Program-made: the position numbers and the translations under genes
The notes under the pieces: generated by a model
Databases searched by the model: none
The model's input: the letters and a program-made list of their open reading frames with translations, nothing else
What the model was told of the DNA's origin: nothing
DNA from: Folioceros fuciformis
Lineage: Eukaryota
Direction of reading: 5' to 3'
Assembly: GCA_049999805.1 (NCBI GenBank)
Contig: JBNGIO010006345.1
Location: 174,093-238,092, forward strand
DNA length: 64,000 nt
Part shown: piece after piece, positions 11,133-23,600 of the stretch
Layout: every line of letters begins with the position of its first letter
How positions within the stretch are numbered: the stretch's first letter is position 1

Positions 11133-13316
11133 CTAGCATCTGTTGCCGGCTGAGGCAATAAGGAGGCTGACAGCAACCGTAAACATCAACAACATTCCTG
11201 TCAGCAGAGCATAGGTTTTGCGTGAAGAGCCATGGTACTCTCCGAATAATATAACGCCCCAGAATGTTCCCACTAAGGGCAAGGCCTGCAACAGGGCACA
11301 AGGCCACGAGTGCGTAGAGGTGAGCGAGTGAGCCTGCAATCAAAGGGGCACTGATACAAGACCTGACTTTGTGGAATGAGATGTGCTCACCTGCACAGCA
11401 TCTGCGGCTGCGTAGCCGGCTGCTTGCCCTCCCATAAACTGGAAGCCATTTCCAAAGCCACAAACAAGGCCTGCCATGATGGCCAAGCCCCTGCCCTTGG
11501 AGTCTCGAAGGTATGCTGACAAACTCGATTTTGGCAATCCCAATATAGGATTGTATAGTAAATATACGTTCACACACACGGCACATACGAAGAAGGCCGA
11601 AGAGAAGTAGAAAAATGTAGTATACACCACCAAATGAGGAACTCCTGGCTTCAATAGATGGAGCTGATCATTTGTTGCGATGTTGAAAAGTGGAGAGAAG
11701 CAGGCGTAGCAGGAGCCAGTCAAGGAAGCAAGAAGAAGCCCAAAGTGATACTTGGACCCTTTCACCTGGAAAATTTGAGAGCCGAGTGTGACTACAGCCA
11801 GTTAGAAGTCGCTCCAGAGGTGAGAGGTAAGGGCTTTGCACAAACGCATATCAGTTCCAGTCGCCCTTGAAAACAGCTTTGCGGCCTTAACACTGGCTCA
11901 AAGAGGGGACAGTGCACAATGCTTCTGCAATTCAAGCAGGCTCCTTGCCTCAAATTCCAAATTGTCTCTTCGGGTGAAAGCAGTCTTGATTGAAACACCA
12001 AACATGGTAAACCCAAACACCCAAACAACTACCGTGGATGTAGAACAACCTTAATTGCTCTACTCTCTTCGACGTGTTTGAGGAACTCTGCACTTCCAGC
12101 CACTAGCTTAGCTGGATCCAGTTGGCTGGCGCTTCCTTTCGAAACCAGGGGATGTTCCTCCGAGCTCGTGTCCGCACTGCCCTTTTCACCTGCTCCACCC
12201 GACAAACCACAAAGCACATAATCCCAAGCCAATGACGCAACAGCCAAGAAAAATCAATGCGCACCAGGAGTATTCCATGGTAACACCGACACAATCTTTT
12301 AAATGGCAACAAGCAATACTTACCCCAACTATCTTGGAAAACTTTCCCTGATCCTGGATCTTTCCTCTCGTCAACCAAGGGCCTAACAAACGGAAAGGGT
12401 AGACAAATTCAGGTGAATTGCTGAGTGTAAGACAAATATAGCTGCACACAACATGGAAAGCCAGGATCTACCTATATCCCAGACTACAGCTGGCTTCATT
12501 GCTTAATTTTGCTTCAATGTCAGCTGAATTGGAAGCATGACAAAAAGAGCCCAAACCAACAGCCACAAGGAAACAGCCAACCCCAGGAAAAAGAATCTCG
12601 GCTTGATTCAAGCCTTTGTCCAAAAAATAATTCACACAAGTCCCTGCAAAGATATCAGAAAGACATCAGGGCCCTGTTTTCTGGTCGGCTTGTCGCTGTG
12701 TAACAATTGGGAAAGCAGAGACAACAATATTTCCCATTTATACCGCCAGCCGACACAGGTTAGTTCCTACATTTTTCTGGTCCTAACCACCCTCGGAGTG
12801 TGTTGCGGGACATTTACCACCAACCACAGACAAACTCGCTGAAACAACTTCTGTTAGAGAGATGCCCGCAAAGGCAAGCGAATACTGCATCAGAATGTTC
12901 CCCGTGCATAGTGCTAGACCGCCTGCCAGAGCGAAGGCAACAGAAGGGCCATTCTCCTGTTTAAGAGCTGAAGTTACGTCAGAGCATATCATCTCACTCA
13001 AGGCGCAACGTGTTCCCCCAATTCAGATAACCTACAACGTGATATGTGATGAGCAGAGAATACAATAACAGCAGCTGACCTGAAAGAGCTGAACTGTGAA
13101 ACGAGGAAACTCAGGGGAGTCCGGCCCAAATTGTCCAAGGGTCAAGGCAAACCCAATAGCCACCAAATACGTCGTGGTTGCATAATCCAGATAAGTGTGC
13201 TGCGGCAATCGGCCCCTTCGTTCCAGGATATTGAAGAACACGGGCCATGAGCCAAGACACCATAAGGAGGCAATTATGAAGCAAATGGCTTCCGCTTTGT
13301 CCCGTACCATCCACAT
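11133..13316 (-). CDS. UPS: Ureide permease (UPS family transporter), multi-exon
   Basis: MWMVRDKAEAICF..LERRGRLPQHTYLDY, NGPSVAFALAGG..QYSLAFAGISLTEV, FSPLFNIATNDQLHLLKPGVPHLVVYT, GFGNGFQFMGGQAAGYAAADAVQ|ALPLVGTFWGVILFGEY. ATG at 13316, TAG at 11133. Confidence 0.93.
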
Positions 13317-14625
13317 CGATGTTTCTGCTTGGGTTACCAAACACCGGCCGACCAATCTGGCCAGAAGATGGAATCCTCCAGATTGCGCTGATGGCTGATG
13401 CAGTGATGTCCTGTTAACATTTGCAGTCCTGTGCTTTCCTGACGTTCTAATCAGATCGCGGACACCACACCAGAGTTTGAACTTAGTCCCACGCACTTTC
13501 AAGTTTTCAGCACTGACTGCACTTCCAGGCACACAGTGACAGCAATCCGAAGGCGGCAATTCTACGCCCAGGTTGCGGAGACGTAGATTCCCGAAGTATT
13601 CTCATCTCAGCTGTCAAATGCCGAAGCTACGCCGCTGAAGCGAATGTCTCAACAACTGCACCACCACACAATCAAACCAAACACTGAATGAACAACAGAG
13701 ATGCCGTCTCCTGTTTGCTTTGCGACAGCACGAAATCTGCAGAACGTCGCGTTCAACCAATTGAAGAAGGACGCCGATTGGGAGAGACTCACATTTGACA
13801 GGCAGGCGAAACTTCCATGACTGGGAGGTAAGCCCAAGGGAGAAGCACGGCCGCTGGCACAACATGGTAAACCGTTGTGCAGCCAAGCCTTCCACGCATC
13901 CGAAAGCTCCGCCGGCCACCCAAACCGAGCGACTCGGATGAGGGATGGAAGACCCGCCTTGCAGTGGAATTTCGGACCAAGCAGCGAATGTGCGGGACAA
14001 CAAACGCTACACGGAACTTCGCTGTCGATGGTTAGTTTTAAGCTTTTACACACCGACAAAGAGGAGTTTTCGTAAAATAGTCTCCCGACAATTACACATA
14101 CATTTATTGGCCCACAGAACCGGTTGTACCCCGAAAGAGGGAAGGATAAGGATGACTGGTGACATGTGTATGTACGTGCTCTGTACGAGTACTGCGACAT
14201 CCACTTGTTTCACAATTACAGAGGACTGCGCATAGGATGTACAAATGTACCTGAAACAGAAAGAAGAAAGGTTAACTGTCAAAAGTTATTGTTGATTGAA
14301 GGAATGTCCTCGTAGGGAAAACCGGCAGACATTCTGGCAGGGGACTGTAGATCTACCATGACACTCGAGCGAACGTCACAGAGCTAGTACATCTGCCACC
14401 CGATCTCCAGGATTGGCTCAAGCAAGCTGCACAGCAAGCTGGTGCGTAAGAATCAACCCCGGATGGTAGAGAAGGCAACTTGCAGGAGTGTTGTAGAGAC
14501 ATACCAACGTTCACAAGGAATCTCCGCTCGAACCAGTGATGATGCATGACATGGCACAGACGTCGAGTACTGGTAGTACGGACAATTATTGTTGGGTAAA
14601 ATCCCTTAAATAAGCACGGGCGGAC

Positions 14626-17600
14626 CTACATGATCGGCAAGTAAGCTCCTCCGTGGCCTCTTTTCAAAAGGAGAGGCCCAGCATTCTCAGGGACTTTATC
14701 CAGCAACCGCGAACAAGTATCAACCACATCTGAAAACCCAGTTGCCATGATAGCCAGCTGTATTCTCAGTCTGATGTCAGGAACGCGATTGAGGAGTAAC
14801 CTAAAACTTTTTGCCAGCGAGGTTTTCAGCTGGACATCTGCTGGCGTAATCCATTTAGAGAAATCAATCTGGTCACCCCGAGCAGCCAGTTCAGCCCTGT
14901 AGAATCTGGTGAGCTCCAACAGCGTGTCTTTGGGTAGAGGCAGGGTCGCCACAAAGTCACTCAGAAAATGATCGAAGCGGGCCGGATAGAGCAGCATGTG
15001 GTTCCAAATCACCGGAACCCATTCGGCCGGTTGATTCAACCCATAAGCCTCTGCAACAATCAATGCCTCCTGAAACCGTGGCTGTTCCACCATTAGACGG
15101 CGTGCATTGGTGTCTGATAAGTTGAGCCAAAGGTGCTCTGGCATAAGCAACTGCAAGGATATCAGGGAGGCTTGAGCGCAGCATTTCTTTGCTTTAATAC
15201 CGGCCTCCACGGCTGCATAAAGCTGACCAGCTTCTGCGAATAACCTCATAACCTCTAAAAGGTCTTCACTTCGTTCTAGATCATTCTGGGCGACCCAGAC
15301 CTCAAGTCCTTTCCGAGCCCTTGCCTGCTTAAGGTTTGCCAGATCATGTTTCATAGAGAAATGGATATACACCTGCTCAAGTGCGTCTAGATCATGAGGA
15401 TTGAAGTGCTTGAGGGCAGAAAGGAGAGCGAGGCAGAAACCCGGGGTACCCGATGATGATTCAAGGCCAGCCTCACTATATGTGCGGAGGAGGAGGTTCA
15501 GCTGTCCATGCTCTATCAGCAGATCCAGAATAAAACGCCATCTACGGAAGTCTGCAATGCCTGTTAACAGCCGAGCCAAACAGATGAAAGCTCCCTCTGC
15601 AACGTAGATTTTCACACGTTCAGATGCCAAGGCCACCAGAATAACCATTCCATCTAAACAATCTGAGGCTTCATAGAAGTGATGAGTCAGTATCAGCAGC
15701 TCCACTTCACAAGCAAGTGGGATTGCTTGTTCTGACGAAACCAGCCGCATGAGTGCATGTCCAACCTCCGGCTCAGAGGGACAAAGCTTTGCCCACTTCG
15801 TAAAATCGGACGTCCTCCATAGCAATGGTGCTGGGCCCTCTTCCTTCTGAGAACCGTTCAGATATCCACCACGATGAGCAGCAACTAAACCCTTCAAAAA
15901 AGATTCTGCCAGAATCTGTGCAATGCTGGGAGCTTCCATTAAATGCGTTGTAACCAAGAGTTCTGCCTCCGCAAGGGCATCTTGCCCTCTCAAAGCAAGC
16001 AGTTGAAGCAATTGTGACGACTCCATTTCAAACGCTTCTGAGAAAGGTAGTCCTAGAACATTAGCTATGTGGGAAACTGCTCCAATCCTTCTGCAGAACC
16101 CCTGCCCACATCCTTGTCGACATGCTGCAGTCAAGGCTTCCAAGGTATCTGGCTTTGACAACGAGGCAACATCCTCAACGAGTCCTCCTGAATACAAATG
16201 CTCCACTACGTTGGTTGACAGAAGATTTGCTATCAGAGGTTTGTCTGCAAGGGCAATATTCCAAGCAGCCTCCACAAGACCAAGTTCTATTGGACTCTGA
16301 CCTATCGACAGAGATTGCTGCAGCTGCTTCGCAGCAGACAAATGACCTGCCTCCAGGAGGTCTAACATCGCTTTTTTGGCACTAGTTGCATCAACTTGCG
16401 CCTTCCAGCCACCAAATGCTTCGTCCAGCTGTGTGCCACTAAATAAATACAGACCAGCTATATCCCGCTCCGTTACTTTGGCCTTGGACGACCTGCTTTC
16501 ATCCGATGCGTTTAATGCCTTGTCATCCAGATGCGCGCGTCTACCCATGTTATGCCCAGGGATCCGTCGTTGCTTCCCTTTACTATGCACCTCAGGTGCG
16601 CCCTTGACTTCAGGGGTATTTCCGGTGGTTGAAAATGGCGGTCTTCTAGCCTGCAGATTTGCTTTGGAGATCACATCTTGTGACTTCTCGAAATGATCTG
16701 AGATGCGCTGAGTGCCATTGGATGGTACCACTTCATTCATCTCCCTTACAACACCTGCACTCTTTTCAGACTCCGCCTCTACTGCCAACATCCACACTCG
16801 TGTCTCGAGCTCACCTAAAAAGTCAGATGGAAAATTACCTTGTGGATCACTGAGCCACTGATACGCAAAGAGTACAAGCTGATGCAGTTCAGATGAGGGA
16901 ATCTTTGAGTCTAAATCATTCGCGTGCTTGAGGAAGAACAAGCCAGCCCGTTGAGGAGGAAAGCAATATTTTGTAAACAATGCATGACAGTGACCCCATA
17001 AAGCAGCTCGTTCCTCAGGAAAGTCCCACAGCAATTCCTTCCAGTCTGTAACCATGGCTTCAGCTTGAGTGTCAGTTACATGATGAAGAGCTGCTCCCGT
17101 GCTGGGCTGACCATCTTTGAGATCCAGCTGACGGGCCCAGCTGCGAGCATCCTCCCACCGCCCTTCTTTTGCCAAAGCCATGAGAAGTTCATCGTCTTCC
17201 AAACTGGTTCCACCTGCCAACGACTGATTCCTGTCCTGCAGGGCTGGCTCTGCCAGTTGCATCTTCCAATACAAACGCCTAAACCGAATAGCAGCTGGAC
17301 CTCCATCTCCAAAGTCTACTGTTGATAAAGGCTGAAGTAAGCGATGACGTTCATACGGGGAAGGACATGCATCAAGCATTGCATCTGCAGCAGATATTGC
17401 AGCTCCTGTTATCCAGGTGGAAGACGACCTGGACTTCTGCAGCTCTTCTTTGAGACGTGTTGAGAATGAAGACAGATGGGCAGAAGCTTCTGCTAGTCGC
17501 ATCTGAGAGAAAGCCTGCAGAAATCTGATGAAAGGCAGGAGAGATGAGCTTGGCGAGAATAGCTCAAAGCCCTTCAAGAGAGGGAAGAACTCCTGCCGTT

Positions 17601-20600
17601 CACAGAACGATGCCACCTTTTTTGCAAGAGATTCGTGATCTACCAGTAACTCGTTCATGGGCAGTTTATCTACAGCTGCTGAGTACTGGATGTCCTGCCC
17701 TATGTCCCCACCACGCTCGGTAGACTCCTGCGTTTCAGGTGTTGCATATGCTGAAATAGTTTTCTGTCGTTTCATTGCTCTCTTCATCCAATCTGAAAGA
17801 CACTCATCCTTCTCACCAGCATGTGCTTCACAAGAAGCAGGCACATCAGGGAGGCCAGATTCTTCCACCGGGGCAATCACACCTAGCCATACATCAAAAC
17901 ACAAAAGGGGATCCACATCATCATAACAGGAGGCAACCACAGGCAAAAGAGGCCATTTCAAAACTCTAGCCTTCTGCAGAAGAGCAAGAGATGGCTTTCC
18001 AGACTTTTCACAAGCTGCTACCAGTGTGAACAACTCTTCCTGGGACCCAGTCTCTTCTGTAATGAAAGAGTCTGCAGCTGATGGCAAAGTTGATGGCAAG
18101 CTTTTCAGTACAATCAAGATATGACTTCTCAGCCTTGTGTCGTTAAAGTCAGCTGCCACTATAGGAATAAGCTTCTCAAGAGGACAAGCTTGAATTTGAG
18201 CTTCAGACAGAAAGTCAACCCAATCATTATCTCGTGCAAGAGCCCTGAGATACGCATAGCTTAAGGGGATCTGATGAGCATGACAAAATGCTGTAACGGT
18301 AGCCCACTGTTCACTGAACGAACGTCCAGAGCCTGCTGTACGCTCATCTTCTTGCTGAGGGTAGCTGACCTTTGACCGGCTGTAATCATGAAGGATGGCC
18401 TTCTCAAGCAACTCTGATATGGCAATGCTGGCTTTTCTGTAGCGATGAGTACCTGCTTTTCCAACCAGGAGTTGCAGATTGTCTGTGTTCATAACTTCTG
18501 ATACATAGTCCTCTACCAGTGTCAGCATATGAGACACAGCAGAGGTGAAGCCAGCCTCCAAGAGCTCCTGGCTGAGTTGCTCAGTGTTGTATGCCTTCTC
18601 AAGGAACTCAGATATCCTTCTCAGTGATAAAACAACAATGCGAACCATACTTGCCGGGACACCACATAGCTCAAGAAAACAAATACAAGCTGTAACAACT
18701 CTTACATTAGCATATTCACGAACTGCCAGCACTACAGCCAACGAAACGACTTTCCGTTCACTGATTGTAAGGGCTGAAAGGACAGCTGAAGGGTCTAGCT
18801 TCTGGTAGTGATCATTCTTCAGCCGTGAGTCCAGGAGATACTGAAAAGCTGCGACACCTCTCCCTCTTCGTAGAAAAAACACCACCTTGGGTTCAGAATC
18901 CTCAGGGTGTCCTACATTCAACTCCCTTTCAATCGACGCCTGGATTAAAGCCTCCCATTTCTCAGGCCCTTCCTCTAGCTCCTGCAGACTATCTACAGAG
19001 TCCTCAAGCTTCAGAAGCCCTTCACCATCAGGCTCTGTTGAGAGCTGGACTAGACGCCTGACACTCTTCGGTGTCCACTGAGGCATCATTCCCAATATAG
19101 ACAGATCATTTCTTGCACATGAGAAAAGACCTTTCCGCCATGACAGATACTCTGCCAAATTTGTAGCACGCTCTCCAGCGTCTAAGGATAGATCTGCCAC
19201 AGGGGAATCACTTGAACAGGCAACCAAATGCTTCCATAAAGTCGGAAACTCTGTTACCCTCTTTCTTGACGGACTGGGCGACAAACTAAACGAATTTGTT
19301 GACAGGCCACTCCACATATAAGTTTTCAAAGGCACAGGTGTATACACAAGATTTGCGTACGCCAGCTTTTCCCCTGCAACTTCGCATAAGTGATCAAAGC
19401 TGCGGAAGGTGTGTTCAACATCCTCAACTCGCGTGCACTTGAAATCACTGGAACCTGAGGCAACCATAAACTTTGCATTCTCCACAGAAGCATCATACTC
19501 ACATCCTTCCATGTAGGATAGGAGAAGCCATGACGCCCAATGACAACCATCCGCAATTGCAAGCATTCTGCTTGCAAACTCCTTATCGCTATTTAACGCA
19601 GCCTGATCAACGTGAAGCGACAGAGTATGTGGCAAAGAGTTCTCAACGCAGTGAAGGACCATCAATTGCTGCACGGCTTTGACAGTGCTCTCATTCAAAT
19701 CAACCTCTTTGAGAGGCCTCGGAGAACTGGAGGTAGACGAAGACTCATCAGCAGTCCCTGTTTCACCACAATGAGAGAATAATCTATCACCCCGTGCTAG
19801 TAAAGCAACCACCTCCGTAGTACCTTTCCATCTTGTTTGAAAAAAAATTCCTTTCCTCAACAGCTTGTCCTCCAGCATCTGCCTCATCCAGATTGTAAGC
19901 AGCCAATCTGAACTGATAGACAAGATCTGTACGTCAGGTATGACAACTTCCACCGACTCAAAATTTAAGTTTGAACTCACGTACAGCTGACCCAGGTGGA
20001 GCGCAGCTGAGGGAATCTCATCAAGAAGGGAGGAAACCTCAGACCAATTGTGACGAGCAATATGGTAGTCCACCTTAGTTTCCCATGGGGTAGAATACCC
20101 TATGATGCCAGGCTGGTCTAGGAGAACCCGATCAAACGTCACCTTGTCCCAGGGGTAAAGCCAGATAGCTGCAGCAGAAAAATAACCGGCAAAAGGATTA
20201 TCCTGAATCACAGATGCACCCGGGGAATCTTGTGCATTGCCAGAAACATTCCATGAGCCAATAACAACTCCATCAACTTCCCCACACTCGATGACTTCAC
20301 CATCGACAGACAGTTGTGGTCTGTCTATATCATTTGATTCAACAACTTTCCCTATACTTGCAAGATACTTTCGTCGTGTGTTGTAAGCACTCCAAAAGCT
20401 ACTCCCAGGATACACACCCTCTAGGTGGTGAACTTTATCCAGTAACTCTCTCTCATCTGCTCCAAGCCAGCCATGTTTTTGCAGTTCAGCACTAGCTATT
20501 CTGCGGAGATCACGCCTAGTGGTCCCCAGCGCCAGCTCATGAAGAGAAACCTCAACATCCTCCCCAAGAGCAGAGAGTGCTGCGATTGCTGATTCAGTCT

Positions 20601-23600
20601 TCCCTTCACACATCCACTGATAGACAATGCCTCGCCCAATTTCCTGCAACTCTTGAAAAAGGTCCTCTGTTTCTGGCTGGACATCTTCCTTTGCGTATAG
20701 CGCCTGCAGCTGGACAAGAGCCAGGGGCACCCGCCCAGATTGCAGTGCATCCTTTACCACCCCTGCAGCATCTAGCTTATCGCGCTCCCATCTTGAGACC
20801 ATGTCGCCAGAATTTTCCACAGCAACAATACGCAAGTCCTCTCTGATGCCATCTGGAAGCAAAGGAACCTCATCCCCACACTGCCCCATACCTGAATCTA
20901 ACTCCAGGATCCCACTGGTGGACGCATGACCACCTAGCTGCTGATGCACAGCACTCGAGAGGGCCGGCACACTTAACCCAACACCATCAGAGCTTATTCC
21001 ACCTGTAGGCGAATGACTCAAAATTTCTAGCTTTCTTTCCCCACCAACCACAGTCGTCGCCTTGCTCACTGGCACCTCATCTGTAACCACCACCGCACCT
21101 TTGCTATGACCTTGATCAGAATCTGTGACTCGGCTATCCACTCTGTCTTGCAGACCCCTGATGAGTTCCAGAAAGCCTGCCAGTTCAGAAAGCTCACTTG
21201 AAACCAGCTGGTCTTCAGGTAGTGCAATTTTGACAGAATTTTGCTTCCGGTTGCGCTGATGTAGCCCCAACCAGCCTTGCTGTTGAATCAAGCTTGTAGC
21301 AAAGGAAGCTGCCATTGCAAGAAACCTAGATGAACGAGCCAGTTCCTTGTCACCTTGCAACCCATTGATCATGAGCTCAACAGCCGCAAAGAGCGTGTGC
21401 AGCACGCCAGGCTTTGACACACTGTCGTGCATCAAGGTTTCCAGTGCCTGCTCTACCTCATCGATTTGGATGAAGCTCAACCCAAGCTCCAGCCGTCTCA
21501 ATCTCAAAAGTGACAAGTTCCACCCGTTCTGCACACAAAGTTGCTCAGTTTCAGTCAGCTTATCATAAATGAGTGCTCTGTCCAAAACTTCCGCTTGCCA
21601 TTTTTGCAAAGCTCCAGGGATGTTCTCCTGCTTTACGCACGTGTCATGATCCAACAGGTCCTCAAACTTGGCACCAGTAGGCCACCATTGCCCAGTGACA
21701 TGTGGTCTTGTAAGTATAGATTCACCTGAACGCAATGCCAGTGAAGGAAGCACAACATGGAGACCAATGGGAGTCACGAAGTATAGGGACCCGCAGAAGG
21801 AGAAAGGTAACACTGTACTACTGCATCTCTTCTTCTTCTTCCCTCTACAATGCAGCATAGCAGAAGCTGATGGGTGTGCAAGGTTAATATCATCCATGAC
21901 GCCATTGGAGAGATCCAGCTCAATGCAGACTATCTCCATGCACCCCGTAGAAGATAACGCGACCACAACATCATAAGGAGTAAGCACCATCTCCTTGAGA
22001 TCCTGTATACTTCTATAAGAGCACAACACCACCTCTCGTCGTCTTCTCCTTACTTCCCTTGCTGATATGTCATTGAGATAATCTCCGCGCTTACTGCTTT
22101 CGTTTTGCAGGCTGACAGCATCTATTGCGGCATTCTTAGCATTATCTGGGTCATGAAGCCACTGATGGTACTTTGTAGTTGTGCAACGCCCGATGTCAAT
22201 GCCTGCTACACCCCACGTCGCCATGGTATGTGTACCACAGGGTATGTCAGAGACAGCCAGTCTTTGACTCGCCCCTGGTAAGACAACGGATAAACCCTCG
22301 TCCAGGGAGACAATGAACACAACGCCCAAAACGTCACCAGCAGCCAGCATCCTACTGTCAGGAGTTAATGCGAGGCGAGTGAAGTGGTGTACAGCATTGG
22401 ACTCATGCCGTTCCGTGAATGGATCAAGATCCTGGTGGCGTCGATTTTGTCCTACTCGAGTTCTTGACAGTCCTTCTGCTCCCTCCATCCACGAATGCCG
22501 TTTGGAGAAACCACTCCAAACAAGCTCCTTCGCCTCATGGTTCCTTGCAATCCCACTCGGATTGCTCGATCCACCTTGGATCTGCGGTGGTACACTTTGT
22601 TTAGTAACATCAATAGAAGACAAAAACTTTCCACTGCCTGCAGTCCAGAGAAAAATCTGTCCCTCCTGTGTCAAACCTGCCAAGATGTCACGAGACAGAG
22701 TAAAATCTACCCACGGACTTGCAGGGTCCATGGTTCGCCACTCGGGTCTCCTCTCACAACAGGAAAGCTTCAATCCACCCGGCTCCACAGCAGCAAGAAC
22801 CACAAAGGGGTCATTCCCGGCAAACACTCTTGATGCATGTATTTTCTCTGCAACCTGTTTGCCAAAGACAAGTGCCACAACCCTGTGCCCAGGACTGGAC
22901 AGAATATCCAAAATGCCGTATTCCTCACTCCCAATGTGCTCTTCCACGTGACGAGGACTTGGCACAATAGGCTCTTCAGCCACCTGATACTTCAGCCCGA
23001 GAGTGATGAGACGGCAAAAACTGTGTGACGGACGAGATATCGTCGTAGTGGCAATTCCTCCCGAGGAAGTCCTCGTAAACCGCAAACCAAGTCCCTCAGC
23101 CAAATCTTCCAGCTCCGCCTCATCGCAAGCAGCATGAAAGCCTTCCCCCTCTCGGAAACTGGCTTTACTGAGCCCACCCTCACCGGCAAGGGGCACACTG
23201 CCTTGCTCGTCATACGCCGAGCTCGAATCCTCCCCTGGCAATTCCTCGGCGTGTCCAACCTGTACATCTGCACGAAGCTGCGCACCTTCTGCAGCCTGGG
23301 AACGGCAACCATCCCATCCCACGATACGCAGGCCATCATCCCCCGCCGCGAAGAGAAACTGCTCAGATCGCGAATCCCCTTCGCATTGCGCCCATGCCAG
23401 ACACTTGACATTTCGTAGCACAGGAAGGTGTGCATTCGGAATCAAGCCCTCGGATCCGGTCCTTAGGGGGAGAACAACCACATTCCCCTCGCGGGACAGC
23501 AGCAAAAGCGTGTCTTGAGATGGAGAGAGAGCAGCAGCACAAAAGTCCGCGAGATAAGACAGTCGCTCAGACCAAGCCTGCAACAAAAGGGAGGGGACCT